Positions 53,089 to 63,311 of a stretch of DNA of 64,000 nt are shown here, one piece after another. Each line of letters begins with the position of its first letter. Positions within the stretch are counted from its first letter, which is position 1. Source of the stretch: Fibrobacteria bacterium (GTDB lineage: Bacteria; Fibrobacterota; Fibrobacteria; UBA11236; JADFYW01); the NCBI GenBank assembly GCA_050294405.1, contig JBNKOC010000028.1, forward strand, positions 192,001 to 256,000, written 5' to 3'. Made by a program: the position numbers and the translations under genes. The notes under the pieces were generated by a model. It had not been told where the DNA came from. It made no database searches and saw only the letters and a list, made by a program, of their open reading frames with translations.

Positions 53089-53646
53089 ATGTATGCCTTT
53101 ATAATTTCATTGGCTATCGTGGCACTTGCTGAAATTGGGGATAAAACCCAATTGCTGACACTTATGTTAGCGGCAAGATTTAAAGCTCCGTTTTCCATTA
53201 GTCTGGGAATTCTGGTCTCCACAGTGGCTAACCACCTCCTGGCTGCCTGGATGGGGAGTTGGGCGAGTCGGTTTATGGGTGAAAAATGGGGTCCTGTCTT
53301 ATTGGGCCTTAGTTTTTTAGCCATGGCTATATGGATATTAATTCCCGATAAGCCAGAGACCGGAAAAAAGTCGCATACAAAATATGGGGTTTTTGTTGCT
53401 ACTGCCATCGCCTTTTTTTGGGCGGAAATGGGAGATAAAACTCAGCTTGCCACAGTCGCCCTTGCAGCAAAGTATGAGAACTTAATAACTGTGGTTTTGG
53501 GTTCGACTTTGGGAATGATGTTAGCCAACGTTCCTGTGGCCTATTTGGGAGATGGCCTTTCCAGAAAAATTCCCTTGGCCTATATCCGGTTTTCGACCAG
53601 CGCCATTTTTTTTATTCTGGCCGGTTTGGCCTTTTTTAAAATTTAA
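53089..53646 (+). CDS. TMEM165/GDT1 (UPF0016) cation exporter
   Basis: Two ExGDKTQ motifs ([16 protein letters not shown]). ATG at 53089. Confidence 0.92.
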   Translation: MYAFIISLAIVALAEIGDKTQLLTLMLAARFKAPFSISLGILVSTVANHLLAAWMGSWASRFMGEKWGPVLLGLSFLAMAIWILIPDKPETGKKSHTKYGVFVATAIAFFWAEMGDKTQLATVALAAKYENLITVVLGSTLGMMLANVPVAYLGDGLSRKIPLAYIRFSTSAIFFILAGLAFFKI

Positions 53647-54617
53647 TCCGGAACATTCCACAAAAAGTTTTTTGTTTTTAAAAATGCAGACACTTGTCTT
53701 GCGCTTTGCTGCGCTTTCCTTTCTACTGCTTCTTCAGTATTAAAGGCGTTGTGTGGAGTTAATATAACATCTTGTCGTTTTTGCAATTCGAAAAGGGCTT
53801 GCAAAGCCTTAGTCTTTGGTTTTTTATTGTTTCTTAAAGCAGCGCCTAAAATTTTTTCCTCTGGGTAAACATCAAGGCCCACTCCTGACAATTTGCCTTT
53901 TTTTAAAAGTTTTAAAAGCTGCCCCAGGGGTGATAGCTCCCCTCGGCTTATGTTAATAAATATTGGCGCTTTTTTGCATTTTAGCAGTTTCTCATAACTA
54001 AAATAACCTTGGTTTTTCTCGGTTAAATTCATGGCGCTTACAATAATATCTGCTTTTGAAAGCAGGGAACTAAAAGTTTTATAACACACCTCTTTATGCC
54101 TTTTCACAATATCCACTCCATATACATTCATACCCAGGCTTTGGGACATTTTATATAATTCAAAGCCGATGTTTCCCACACCAACAATAACCATGGTCTT
54201 ACCCAAAATTTCTTTTCCCGTAATGCCGTCCCTGTGGAAGGTTGAAAACTGCGAGCTTTGCTGGGGTAGTTTTCGATAGAGGCTAAGTAACATAAGCAAA
54301 GCTTGTTCGGCAACGGCCCGCTTGCAATAAAGAGGAAGATAAGCAAGTTGGGCTTTAGTTTGGCTGCCTAAGCGATAGGCGGTCAAATGATCATAACCAG
54401 TACTGCGGGAAAGAATAGCCTTTAGCTGTGGTCCCCAGTTTAAGGGGATTTGAGATTGGGTTCGGGTGCTGATTAATGTTGCAGGCGGGAGCTTGTGGCC
54501 GGATTCCTGCAAACTGTTTTTTATATATAAAGCTTTTATACTTGAGGGTAAAAACTTTTGAATGGCTCTGGCCTCTTCGGCAAAGGCTTCATAAAAAACA
54601 ACATCATATTTATTCAT
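53643..54617 (-). CDS. D-isomer-specific 2-hydroxyacid dehydrogenase
   Basis: RSTGYDH, AVAE, GVGNIG, INISRG, LDVY, TPHNAFNT. Confidence 0.9.
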   Translation of the reverse strand: MNKYDVVFYEAFAEEARAIQKFLPSSIKALYIKNSLQESGHKLPPATLISTRTQSQIPLNWGPQLKAILSRSTGYDHLTAYRLGSQTKAQLAYLPLYCKRAVAEQALLMLLSLYRKLPQQSSQFSTFHRDGITGKEILGKTMVIVGVGNIGFELYKMSQSLGMNVYGVDIVKRHKEVCYKTFSSLLSKADIIVSAMNLTEKNQGYFSYEKLLKCKKAPIFINISRGELSPLGQLLKLLKKGKLSGVGLDVYPEEKILGAALRNNKKPKTKALQALFELQKRQDVILTPHNAFNTEEAVERKAQQSARQVSAFLKTKNFLWNVPD

Positions 54618-54663
54618 AGGGAAAAAAGAAGTTTTTCCCTAATTTTATGCAAGGAACTTTAAC

Positions 54664-55524
54664 TCAAACAGGTTGAGCGATGTTGGAATTAGGCAGCTTG
54701 ACCATTACAGACTTAAGTTTTGAGAGAGCTGTTTCCTTAATTTGCCGGACTCTTTCTTTTGATAAGTTTATGGACTCGCCTATTTGCGCCAGGCTCATGT
54801 TTTTGTGATCATGCAGGCCAAAGTAGGCTTCCAACACGGCGCTTTCCCGTTCGTCCAGGCAAGAAGAAGCCCGCTGAATATGCAGGTTCATTTCCTTTTG
54901 TTCCAGCTCGTCAAATGGGCTCGCTTCCCCAGAGGATAGGGTTTCTGCAAGCTGCCTGCCTTCATTGTCCGAGATGGGGCTGTCAAAACTGAGAACGGGT
55001 TCGGTGAGTTGGAATATGGGTGCCAGCTCATCAGGGTTTTCACCTAATTTTTTGGCCAGACTTTCCCAATCCGGTCCCATTCCACCGATGTATGACTTGA
55101 TGGGGACGGAATGTTTAAAAATTTTCCGAATTTTTTCTTCTTTATTCGATGCCAATCGCACCAGTCGGCTTTGATTAAAAATAGTGTAGCGAATGCTTTG
55201 GCGAATCCACCAAACAGCATAGGTAATAAACTTGTTGTCTTTTTTTGGATCCATGCGCTTTGCGGCTTCAATGAGCCCTAGGTTTCCTGCGCTGATAATA
55301 TCTTCAATTTCCATCCCCTGATTGCGGTATTTATAGGCGATTTTAATTACAAACAATAAATTGGAGCGAACCAATAAGTTAACGGCTGCCTCTGAACCCT
55401 CTTGCACTTTTTGAATAATAAATTTCTCCACTTCCGGCCTTAAAGGCGGATATTTGCGTGCCTCTTTGATGTACTGCTGGAGTAAATTTTTTTTAGGTGA
55501 AAAAAAACTGTAAATCATTGGCAT
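54664..55524 (-). CDS. Short RpoD/SigA-family sigma70 factor
   Basis: SNLLFV, GNLGLIEAA, KFITYAVWWIRQ, LSKERVRQI. Confidence 0.92.
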   Translation of the reverse strand: MPMIYSFFSPKKNLLQQYIKEARKYPPLRPEVEKFIIQKVQEGSEAAVNLLVRSNLLFVIKIAYKYRNQGMEIEDIISAGNLGLIEAAKRMDPKKDNKFITYAVWWIRQSIRYTIFNQSRLVRLASNKEEKIRKIFKHSVPIKSYIGGMGPDWESLAKKLGENPDELAPIFQLTEPVLSFDSPISDNEGRQLAETLSSGEASPFDELEQKEMNLHIQRASSCLDERESAVLEAYFGLHDHKNMSLAQIGESINLSKERVRQIKETALSKLKSVMVKLPNSNIAQPV

Positions 55525-55569
55525 TCCCTCTCGTATTCAAATATTGATGTTTATCAATATTTTGTATTT

Positions 55570-55851
55570 TTACCTCAAATAATCATCCGCAGGAACATCG
55601 GTGCGTGCTCCGGCATTTTTTAAATATCGCATGGTTTCTAAATGTCCGTTAGTTGAAGCAGCCAGATATGGTGTCCACCCCTCCTCGTCCACAGCATTGA
55701 TGTTAGCCCCCTTTTGCAATAGTTTTTGCACCTTATGTGTGTCGCCGGATTTAGCTGCTCTAATCAGCTCAATGTTTTTATTGCTGCTGGAGCAATTAAT
55801 AAACAGCAACCCCACTGCTGCCGCCATCCAAAGTTTTCCCTGAATTTTCAT
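55570..55851 (-). CDS. Small ankyrin-repeat lipoprotein
   Basis: Lipobox LFINC; AAKSGD..V..LL.KGANIN..GWTP..A..NGH. Confidence 0.85.
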   Translation of the reverse strand: MKIQGKLWMAAAVGLLFINCSSSNKNIELIRAAKSGDTHKVQKLLQKGANINAVDEEGWTPYLAASTNGHLETMRYLKNAGARTDVPADDYLR

Positions 55852-56363
55852 TTAGCGCCGCCGATTAAAATTTTCCCTACCTACCAGACAGTTTAATTTT
55901 ACCACCAGTATTCCCCGTTATTCTTTAAATAAATGACCGAAAAAAAATCTGAATTGAGGATCTTGGGAAAATGAAAACCCAAAAACTCAAAAAGGACATA
56001 CCAAAAAATTCAAATATTTAAGAATCCCAAAAATTCTGTGAAGCCTATTAAGGTCTTATGGCAAGGGCACTAAGGGGTAGTTAGATGGCAGAAAAAACTT
56101 TTAAAAAATTTTATTTCCAGAAAAATTCGAATTCTGAAGATTTGTTATGATAACGGATTCTAAGTTCTGTAAATTTGTGCTTTACATTCCCTGATGTTGC
56201 GGATCTTTTTTTGTGTTAAGCTGACGAAATGGCAAAATTTTGCTGATGAAATGGGAGTGATGTTCGAAACAAATTGGATTCAGAATTAATTTTAAGATAG
56301 ATTCCAGTTATGCCTATAAATGTTACTAAATTGTAAACTGAAAATGAGTTAAAGGAGTATGTA

Positions 56364-57212
56364 ATGGGTGAGGCAAAAATTTTAGATGGCAAATCTCTGG
56401 CAAAATCCATTGAAGCAGATTTAAAAATACGCGTTGAAAAAATATTAGCAGCTAATGGTGGCCAGGTTCCCATTTTAGCTACCATTTTAGTGGGAGATGA
56501 TCCAGCCTCTGCCACCTATGTCAATATGAAGGGCAATGCCTGCCGTAGGGTGGGTATGGATTCTAAAAAAATAATTATGGATAAAAATACAAGCACCGAA
56601 GAACTGTTGGCTGAAATTGAAAAACTCAATACAGACCCCAATGTTCATGGTATTTTACTCCAACACCCTGTGCCCTCGCAAATCGACGAACGCCTTTGCT
56701 TCGATGCTATTTTGGGCTCTAAAGATGTGGATGGTGTCACATGCTTGGGTTTTGGCCGTATGAGTATGGGAGAGCCCGCCTATGGTAGCGCTACTCCTGC
56801 GGGCATTATGAAAATTCTAGAGCATTACCAAATTCCTCTGGAAGGCAAGCATGCAGTGGTGGTGGGCCGGAGCGCCATTCTTGGGAAACCCATGGCTTTG
56901 ATGCTTTTGAACAAAAATGCCACAGTGACCATCTGCCATTCCCGTACACAAAATTTAGCTGAGATTGTAAAACAGGCCGATATTGTGGTTGGCGCAGTGG
57001 GTAAACCAAGGTTTATCCAGGCAGATTGGGTTAAAGAAGGGGCTGTTTTGGTTGACGCAGGTTATCACCCCGAAAAATGTGGGGATATTGATTTGGAATC
57101 AGCTATTTCTAAATGTTCTGCTTATACTCCTGTGCCTGGGGGCGTGGGGCCTATGACCATTTGCACGCTTATTACACAAACTGTGGAAGCTGCAGAAAGT
57201 TCTCTGAAATAA
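56364..57212 (+). CDS. folD: Methylenetetrahydrofolate dehydrogenase/cyclohydrolase
   Basis: [30 protein letters not shown]. Confidence 0.97.
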   Translation: MGEAKILDGKSLAKSIEADLKIRVEKILAANGGQVPILATILVGDDPASATYVNMKGNACRRVGMDSKKIIMDKNTSTEELLAEIEKLNTDPNVHGILLQHPVPSQIDERLCFDAILGSKDVDGVTCLGFGRMSMGEPAYGSATPAGIMKILEHYQIPLEGKHAVVVGRSAILGKPMALMLLNKNATVTICHSRTQNLAEIVKQADIVVGAVGKPRFIQADWVKEGAVLVDAGYHPEKCGDIDLESAISKCSAYTPVPGGVGPMTICTLITQTVEAAESSLK

Positions 57213-57301
57213 ACCTTTTTTTTGCTATTTTGGTAATAGACTCGGCCATCTCCTTATTGGAATTCCAAAAGAGAGAAGCTCAAAATTTTTGGGAGGGTAC
57301 C

Positions 57302-58435
57302 ATGTTGGTAAGGACTTTATTTTTATGCCTGGGGATGACAGGAATTGGCTTTAGCCAAAAGATGTTAATTATTCCTCAACCCAAGCAATCAGAAGCTTCT
57401 ACTCAAACGGAAACAGAAACGGTGGAGGTTTTGGAAAACTCAGAAGGTTCCATGCAAAGAACCATTACTCATTCTTCGTTTGATCCGGAAACTTCCGATT
57501 TTTTGTTAAAAGAAACTCTTACAGAAAAATTTTCGGGAGAGGTAGTTATGGGGGGAGAGGAACATTCTTCTTGTCAGGACAAACAATGCGCTATTGAATT
57601 GGGGATAAAAGAAAATGCCCAATTTGTGGTTTATTCAGGCTCCCGGCCATTGGGCACCAAAGTTGTATTTAGCGCCACCAAAGTAGATGTAAAAAACAAA
57701 AGCGCGAACAACCAAAGAATTACCGCCAGTTCAGTGGAAGAATTGGATGATGTAATTATAAGGGTTTGCGATGCCCTGATTGCTGATAAACATGTTAAAG
57801 AAGTAGCGAGCCTGGATAATGTGGTAGATAAGGAAAATGAAAAAATTGCAAAACGCCGGGAAACCTATTTCAAAAAAGGGTTTACACTTGGCTATCTATA
57901 TCCCATGAACGACTCCTATTTTCAAATGGATTGTGGGTATAATCAAAACCAATACGAGTGCGATGATCACTATTCCCAAATGATATATATAAACTTCATG
58001 ACTATGTATGAGTTTCATAATAATTTGGCTTTGGATGTGGACTTGAATTTTGCTATTCCATCAGATATCGGAGCGGATGCCAATTTGCTTTATTTTCCCA
58101 ACAGAACAGATTTTTCTCCATTTTTTGGGGGAGGTTTAGGGATGCACTGGGTAGGGGAGGTTGGAAAATCCGGTTCTGATGTGAGAAGATCCGGCCCGGC
58201 AACAAACCTACAACTGGGAATGATGTTTTTTAGAACCTATACTTTGAACTTGGTGATTCGGGGAAAATACCAAATGGTTTTTAACAGCAATTACGATAAT
58301 GGCCCTATTCTTGAGGTGGGAGTTATCCACCACAATAAAAATCAAGGAAAAAGCTCTGGTTGGGGTTGGACCTTTTTGAAATATTACCTGGCTTTTGCTT
58401 TAGTGATGACAGCCATTGGGGCGGCTGCGGATTGA
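57302..58435 (+). CDS. Hypothetical exported protein (CsgG-like N-region, beta-rich C-region)
   Basis: Signal from MLVRTLF (57302, GGAGG RBS), C..K.CAIELG, amphipathic strands, hydrophobic tail. Confidence 0.6.
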   Translation: MLVRTLFLCLGMTGIGFSQKMLIIPQPKQSEASTQTETETVEVLENSEGSMQRTITHSSFDPETSDFLLKETLTEKFSGEVVMGGEEHSSCQDKQCAIELGIKENAQFVVYSGSRPLGTKVVFSATKVDVKNKSANNQRITASSVEELDDVIIRVCDALIADKHVKEVASLDNVVDKENEKIAKRRETYFKKGFTLGYLYPMNDSYFQMDCGYNQNQYECDDHYSQMIYINFMTMYEFHNNLALDVDLNFAIPSDIGADANLLYFPNRTDFSPFFGGGLGMHWVGEVGKSGSDVRRSGPATNLQLGMMFFRTYTLNLVIRGKYQMVFNSNYDNGPILEVGVIHHNKNQGKSSGWGWTFLKYYLAFALVMTAIGAAAD

Positions 58436-58455
58436 CCGCAGCCTATTTTGTAAAA

Positions 58456-59367
58456 TTAAACGAGCACCGCAGAGCTTTCTTTTTCTTCTGAAAGCAAAGT
58501 ATTATACAAATCAAAAGCCTTTTCTACAGATTCGTTTTCGTGCACTATGGCTCTAACCGCTTTAATCATGGAAACTGGAGATTCCGATTGGAAAATATTT
58601 CTGCCCATGTCTACACCTGAAGCGCCCTCTTGGATGGCATTGTAGGCCATACTTAAGGCTTCTTTCTCGGGAAGTTTTTTTCCTCCCGCAATAACCAAGG
58701 GAACCGGGCAGGCTGAAGTTATGGTGTCAAACTCTTCATGGGTATAGTAACACTTTACCATATGGCATCCCAATTCAGCCATAATTCGAGTGGCCAGTCT
58801 AAAGTATTTAGGCGTACGTTCCATGTTAGTGCCTACGGCCACAACTCCCATTACCGCAATTCCGTAACGGTTGGCATCATCGATTAAGCGGGTGAGGTTT
58901 TGAATGGTTTGGCCTTCAAATTCACTTCCAATAAAAACTTGTACCGCAAGCACGCTGGCATTTAAGCGTAAAGCTTCTTCGATGGAACAGGCTAAGTTTT
59001 CATTGGGTAGGTTGTCGGGCCTGGCCATACTAGTTCCCCCGGAAGCTCTCAAGGCAATGGCTTTTTGGGTGCTGGCAGGAATAATGCTTCTTTGAATGCC
59101 TCTTGTTAGCATTAGACAATCACAATATGGCTCCAGGGGAAGTATGCTTTGGTCCACTCTTTCCAGACCGGTGGTGGGGCCCTGAAAATAGCCATGATCA
59201 AAGGCTAACATAATGGTTTTTCCAGATTTTGGATTAAAAACCTTGGCCAATCTATTCTGAAGCCCCCAGTCGTATTGGTGAAGGCCCTTAAGAAAAAATT
59301 CGGGTTTGTTTTGCGGTACGTCGCTGTAAAAATGTTTTAACTGTTTTTCACCATCTAAATCTGCCAT
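58456..59367 (-). CDS. lsrF: LsrF-like class I aldolase/thiolase
   Basis: DWGLQNRL, MLAFDHGYFQGPTTGLER, VIAGGKK, GVDMGRNIFQ. Confidence 0.88.
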   Translation of the reverse strand: MADLDGEKQLKHFYSDVPQNKPEFFLKGLHQYDWGLQNRLAKVFNPKSGKTIMLAFDHGYFQGPTTGLERVDQSILPLEPYCDCLMLTRGIQRSIIPASTQKAIALRASGGTSMARPDNLPNENLACSIEEALRLNASVLAVQVFIGSEFEGQTIQNLTRLIDDANRYGIAVMGVVAVGTNMERTPKYFRLATRIMAELGCHMVKCYYTHEEFDTITSACPVPLVIAGGKKLPEKEALSMAYNAIQEGASGVDMGRNIFQSESPVSMIKAVRAIVHENESVEKAFDLYNTLLSEEKESSAVLV

Positions 59368-59392
59368 AATATTCTCCTTTGAATCAAATTAT

Positions 59393-60046
59393 TCAGGCTT
59401 TTGCCTGGATATGCTGATGAGTGTAATCGTTCATAAATTTTAAAATAAGATACATAGATATGGATCCGGGGTCGGGATGACCTATGGAGCGCTCACCCAG
59501 GGTTTTTGCTTTGCCAGTGGTGGCAATAAAATTTTTGGTATTCTCCATTCCTTCCTGGGCGGCTTTGGCAATTTGGGATAAATATGTTTCTAATACTGTT
59601 ACTTTGGAGTCTTTTGCCGCATTAAGGGCGGGCAAAAGAGCATCAATCATGGTCTTATCCCCAGCTTTAGCCTTTCCCCTGTCTATTACAGCTTGCAAGC
59701 CTTCTTCCAACCAACATTCCACGGCTGATGTATCCCATGTGCTGGCATCGGAAAGGCTGGTTGCGGCGGCTTTAAAAAAACTGCCAAAAATAGCTCCGGC
59801 TGCTCCACCAATGCTCATCATTAGCGCCATACCAATTGTCTTTAATTGCTCTCCAATCGAATTAAATTCCTGGGTCTCGAGTTTAGCTATAACGGCCTCA
59901 AAGCCCCTGGCCATGCCAATGCCGTGGTCCCCATCTCCAATAGCCTGGTCCGCTTTAGTTAACTCATCTTTCTTTTCAACCATGCTTTTGGCGATAAACA
60001 AAAACATGTCTTTACTTTCCAAAAGATTTATCGATGTTGTTTCCAT
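59393..60046 (-). CDS. dhaL: Dihydroxyacetone kinase family subunit L
   Basis: IGDGDHG, GDKTMID, GERSIGHPDPG. Confidence 0.9.
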   Translation of the reverse strand: METTSINLLESKDMFLFIAKSMVEKKDELTKADQAIGDGDHGIGMARGFEAVIAKLETQEFNSIGEQLKTIGMALMMSIGGAAGAIFGSFFKAAATSLSDASTWDTSAVECWLEEGLQAVIDRGKAKAGDKTMIDALLPALNAAKDSKVTVLETYLSQIAKAAQEGMENTKNFIATTGKAKTLGERSIGHPDPGSISMYLILKFMNDYTHQHIQAKA

Positions 60047-60049
60047 ATG

Positions 60050-61078
60050 TTATCTCTTTGTAAATCCAAATGAAGATGCGGGCATGTCGTAATATTTTTT
60101 TAATTCGGGGTCCAGTTTTAAAAGGCTTATGGAAAATCCCGCCATTTCCTGACAGGTAACATAACTCCCGATATCTGTATTGTGAATTAAAATACCTAAG
60201 TCCTTCAGATAACTTTGCAGTTTTCGATTGACTATTAGACACTCCATCATGGTTGTGGAACCTAAATTGTTAATAAGCGCAACCACCTCATCTCCTTTTT
60301 TAAAGGGTAGGTCTGCTATTATTTTTTCCAGCATGCTTTCCGTAATTTGGTCAGCCGTAGACATCTTTTGCCTGAGAACCCCTGGCTCCCCATGCACACC
60401 CATGCCAATTTCAATTTCATCATCAGGAAGGACAAAGGTGGGCTCCCCTGTTTCAGGAATGGAACCTGCGGAAAGCGCTACTCCCATGGAACGCAAATTT
60501 TCCCTGGCTTTTTCGGCGACCCGTACCACTTCTTCCAGTGATGTTAATTCTGCAGCAGCAGCCCCCACAATTTTAATCATATATAAATCTCCGGCAATCC
60601 CACGTCGTTCTTCAATATTATCAGGTCCGGCTGAGGCCACATCATCCCAAATTCGAATGGTCTTTACATTGATATTTTCTTCTGCAGCCATTTCTGCGGC
60701 AATATCAAAGTTCATGTTATCACCAGCATAGTTCCCATACAGGTATAAAACACCGTTGCCTTTGTTTACAGCCCTGGTGGCTTCCAGGATAATGTCTGGG
60801 GTCGGTGCCGCAAAAATATTTCCGCAGGCAGCCCCATCTCCCATGTTATCTCCTACGAATCCATGGAACAAGGGCTCATGGCCACTGCCACCTCCAATTA
60901 GAAGCCCCACTTTCCCCTCGGGAATGCCGGTTTTTACGAAGGCGTTTACTCCGGGAAGTAACTTAACTTTTCCATGGTATGAGGCAACCAAGCCTTCTAA
61001 CATTTCAGGGACCACATTTTTCGGGTCGTTTAAAACTTTTTTTATGGGTTTTACCGTGGATGCCGTTTCCAAAATCAC
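60050..61078 (-). CDS. dhaK: Dihydroxyacetone kinase family subunit K
   Basis: GGGSGHEP, GNYAGD.MNF, RRGIAG, GMGVHGEPG. Confidence 0.9.
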   Translation of the reverse strand: MILETASTVKPIKKVLNDPKNVVPEMLEGLVASYHGKVKLLPGVNAFVKTGIPEGKVGLLIGGGSGHEPLFHGFVGDNMGDGAACGNIFAAPTPDIILEATRAVNKGNGVLYLYGNYAGDNMNFDIAAEMAAEENINVKTIRIWDDVASAGPDNIEERRGIAGDLYMIKIVGAAAAELTSLEEVVRVAEKARENLRSMGVALSAGSIPETGEPTFVLPDDEIEIGMGVHGEPGVLRQKMSTADQITESMLEKIIADLPFKKGDEVVALINNLGSTTMMECLIVNRKLQSYLKDLGILIHNTDIGSYVTCQEMAGFSISLLKLDPELKKYYDMPASSFGFTKR

Positions 61079-61091
61079 CTCGATGTTAATT

Positions 61092-63059
61092 TTAAATTAT
61101 TCTGTCATTTCCCCCGTCAATGGGGATTTGGGCGCCTGTTGTTTTAAGAAAAGATTTACCGGCCAGCACGCTTACCAGTTCACCAACATCATTGGATGTG
61201 ATTTCTGTTTTCATTAAATTTTTTCTTTTGTATTCGTCCACCGTTAGTCCATACCTTTGGGCACTGCGCTTTAACACATCAGGTGTCCATAGCTCAGTGT
61301 CAAACACGGCATCAGGATGGATAATATTCACTCGAATTCCATGAGGAGCTAACTCCAATGCTGCCACTCTGCCCAGTTGGGTGAGCCCTGCCTTGGCTAC
61401 AGAATAAGCAGCCGCCCCCGGGCCAGGCGCATGGACATTGCGAGAGGCTACAATAATAATGCTGGGTTCAATCCCCAGTTTTAAATAGGGAATGCTGGCT
61501 TGCATTAACTTTTCAGCTGCGGTTAAATTGAGTTTTAGGCTTTTATCCCAAGAGTTATCCTCGATATTTTCAATGTATTGACCTGCCGTAAAGATTCCGG
61601 CGTTATTAATCAAAATATCAAGCCCGCCAAATTGTTCCACAGTGAAGTCTATTGCTTCTTTAATGCTTACAGATTCGTTTAAATCGCAAACAAAGCCTAA
61701 CTCCCGGTCGCTGTTAAAAATATTTTTGACTTCGGGGTTAATATCAAGGCCTACCACGGCACAGCCATCGGCCCATAATTTTTTGGCTATGGCTTTGCCA
61801 ATTCCAGAAGCAGCTCCTGTTACCAAGGCGATTTTCCCATTATGGGCTGAGTTTGTAGAAGCTTTTTTAAGTTTTGCCTGTTCAAGCTCCCAATATTCTA
61901 TTTCAAATAGTTGTTTTTCATTTAAAGGCAGCCAACCCCCAATTTGCTCACCTTTCCAGATGGATTGCACTGTTTGCTCGGCAATATCCATAACTATTTT
62001 CGCCTCTTTTGGGGAAGTTCCAAAACTAAGTAAACCCTTACCCGGCCAAACAGCATAGCGGGGAGCTAAGTCCAGACATTGCAAACCATTTGTTTTATTT
62101 CGGTTAAAATAGTCCTCGTATTCTTTAGCGTAGTTTTTGGCGCAGTCCTTAATATTTGTATCCATGAACATGGGCGATTTTTTCGTGCGAATAACATGAT
62201 CCGGGGTTAGTGTCCCCCGGGAGATCCAATTTTTAGCATTTTTTTCTTTGCTAAAGCCCACCATTGGCCCTTCCCGATTCCATAAACAATAACATGGCTT
62301 TTTTCTAATCTGGGAAATTTCCAATCGGATTTCAGCTAGTTCAAGCAGGTTTTTTTCTGACTCGACCTGAGCCAAGGGTTTTGAATTTTTAACCAGGTAA
62401 TTTTCGGCAAGACTAACCAGTTTTATCATGCGCTCATAACTTTCTTTTGCGCTATCCCCAAAAGTAAAAATGCCGTGGTTGAGTAAAACAATTCCTTCCA
62501 CTTTTTTTATTTGAATTTTCGCCATTAAATCTTGCATGGCTTTGGCCAGCACGAAACCGGGCATAACATAGGGCAAAACGGCAATTTTGGAACCGTAAAC
62601 TTCCTCTAAAATTTTAAGAGCTGAAGGGTTATTGGTTATGGTTACAACCGAATCGGAGTGGGTGTGGTCTACAAATTTATAAGGAATTAGAGCGTGGACA
62701 ATAGCCTCAATGGATGGGTTAGGGGCCTTCGCATCAATCATGCTGATTCTTTGAAAATCAACCATATCGCTGTCGCTGAGGCTTTCCCTGCTAGCCAATT
62801 GCAGCAAGGCCTCTAGTTTAACCGGGGCAAAGCCCTCTTTTTCAATGGTTGCCAAATCCCATCCAGATCCTTTAACATACAATACATCGATGTCATTGGA
62901 ACTAAGAGGGTCTTTGGCGGTTATTTTGACAGAAGTGTTGCCTCCCCCATGAAGGACAAGGGAGGGCTCTTGTCCCAGTAATCTAGAGCTATAGACCCTT
63001 AGCGCTAATAAATCCTCAGAGAACTTTGAGGCGTCCCCTTCATTCCACAAGCTTTTCAT
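61092..63059 (-). CDS. Bifunctional class II aldolase/short-chain dehydrogenase
   Basis: LHGGGNTSVK, PSIE, HTH, TPDHVIRTK, EYWELEQAKL, TGAASGIG, YSVAK. Confidence 0.92.
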   Translation of the reverse strand: MKSLWNEGDASKFSEDLLALRVYSSRLLGQEPSLVLHGGGNTSVKITAKDPLSSNDIDVLYVKGSGWDLATIEKEGFAPVKLEALLQLASRESLSDSDMVDFQRISMIDAKAPNPSIEAIVHALIPYKFVDHTHSDSVVTITNNPSALKILEEVYGSKIAVLPYVMPGFVLAKAMQDLMAKIQIKKVEGIVLLNHGIFTFGDSAKESYERMIKLVSLAENYLVKNSKPLAQVESEKNLLELAEIRLEISQIRKKPCYCLWNREGPMVGFSKEKNAKNWISRGTLTPDHVIRTKKSPMFMDTNIKDCAKNYAKEYEDYFNRNKTNGLQCLDLAPRYAVWPGKGLLSFGTSPKEAKIVMDIAEQTVQSIWKGEQIGGWLPLNEKQLFEIEYWELEQAKLKKASTNSAHNGKIALVTGAASGIGKAIAKKLWADGCAVVGLDINPEVKNIFNSDRELGFVCDLNESVSIKEAIDFTVEQFGGLDILINNAGIFTAGQYIENIEDNSWDKSLKLNLTAAEKLMQASIPYLKLGIEPSIIIVASRNVHAPGPGAAAYSVAKAGLTQLGRVAALELAPHGIRVNIIHPDAVFDTELWTPDVLKRSAQRYGLTVDEYKRKNLMKTEITSNDVGELVSVLAGKSFLKTTGAQIPIDGGNDRII

Positions 63060-63271
63060 TTCCGGGAACCTTTAAAAATCGCCCTCGCGATTTGATATAT
63101 CGTAGTTTTTGTCCTCAAAATAGTCATTACAAATTCCATTTGTTTCCTTTAAACACGATAAACATCTGCATTTAGGCTTCTGGGTTCCCCTGCCTGCGCC
63201 TTGTCTGAGGTCGCGATTGTCAATTTTTAGAGGCTCCCGTGTTTGCCTTTTCCAAGGGAAAATATAAATAT

Positions 63272-63294
63272 ACTTCCCATAAAATATGGGAAGT
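63272..63294. terminator. Perfect 10-bp inverted repeat (terminator or operator)
   Basis: ACTTCCCATA-AAA-TATGGGAAGT, 17 nt downstream of the isomerase stop. Confidence 0.45.
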
Positions 63295-63311
63295 TATGGA
63301 GTTAATAAACA

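Noticed and set aside
55852..56363. ZTP/THF riboswitch upstream of folD
   Set aside because: No recognisable consensus; only a short TGTAAA-N7-TTTACA repeat at 56168-56186.
63150..63260. c-di-GMP-I riboswitch (GGAAAAGGCAAAC on the minus strand)
   Set aside because: The expected GNRA stem and downstream GCAAAG/P3 elements are not present.
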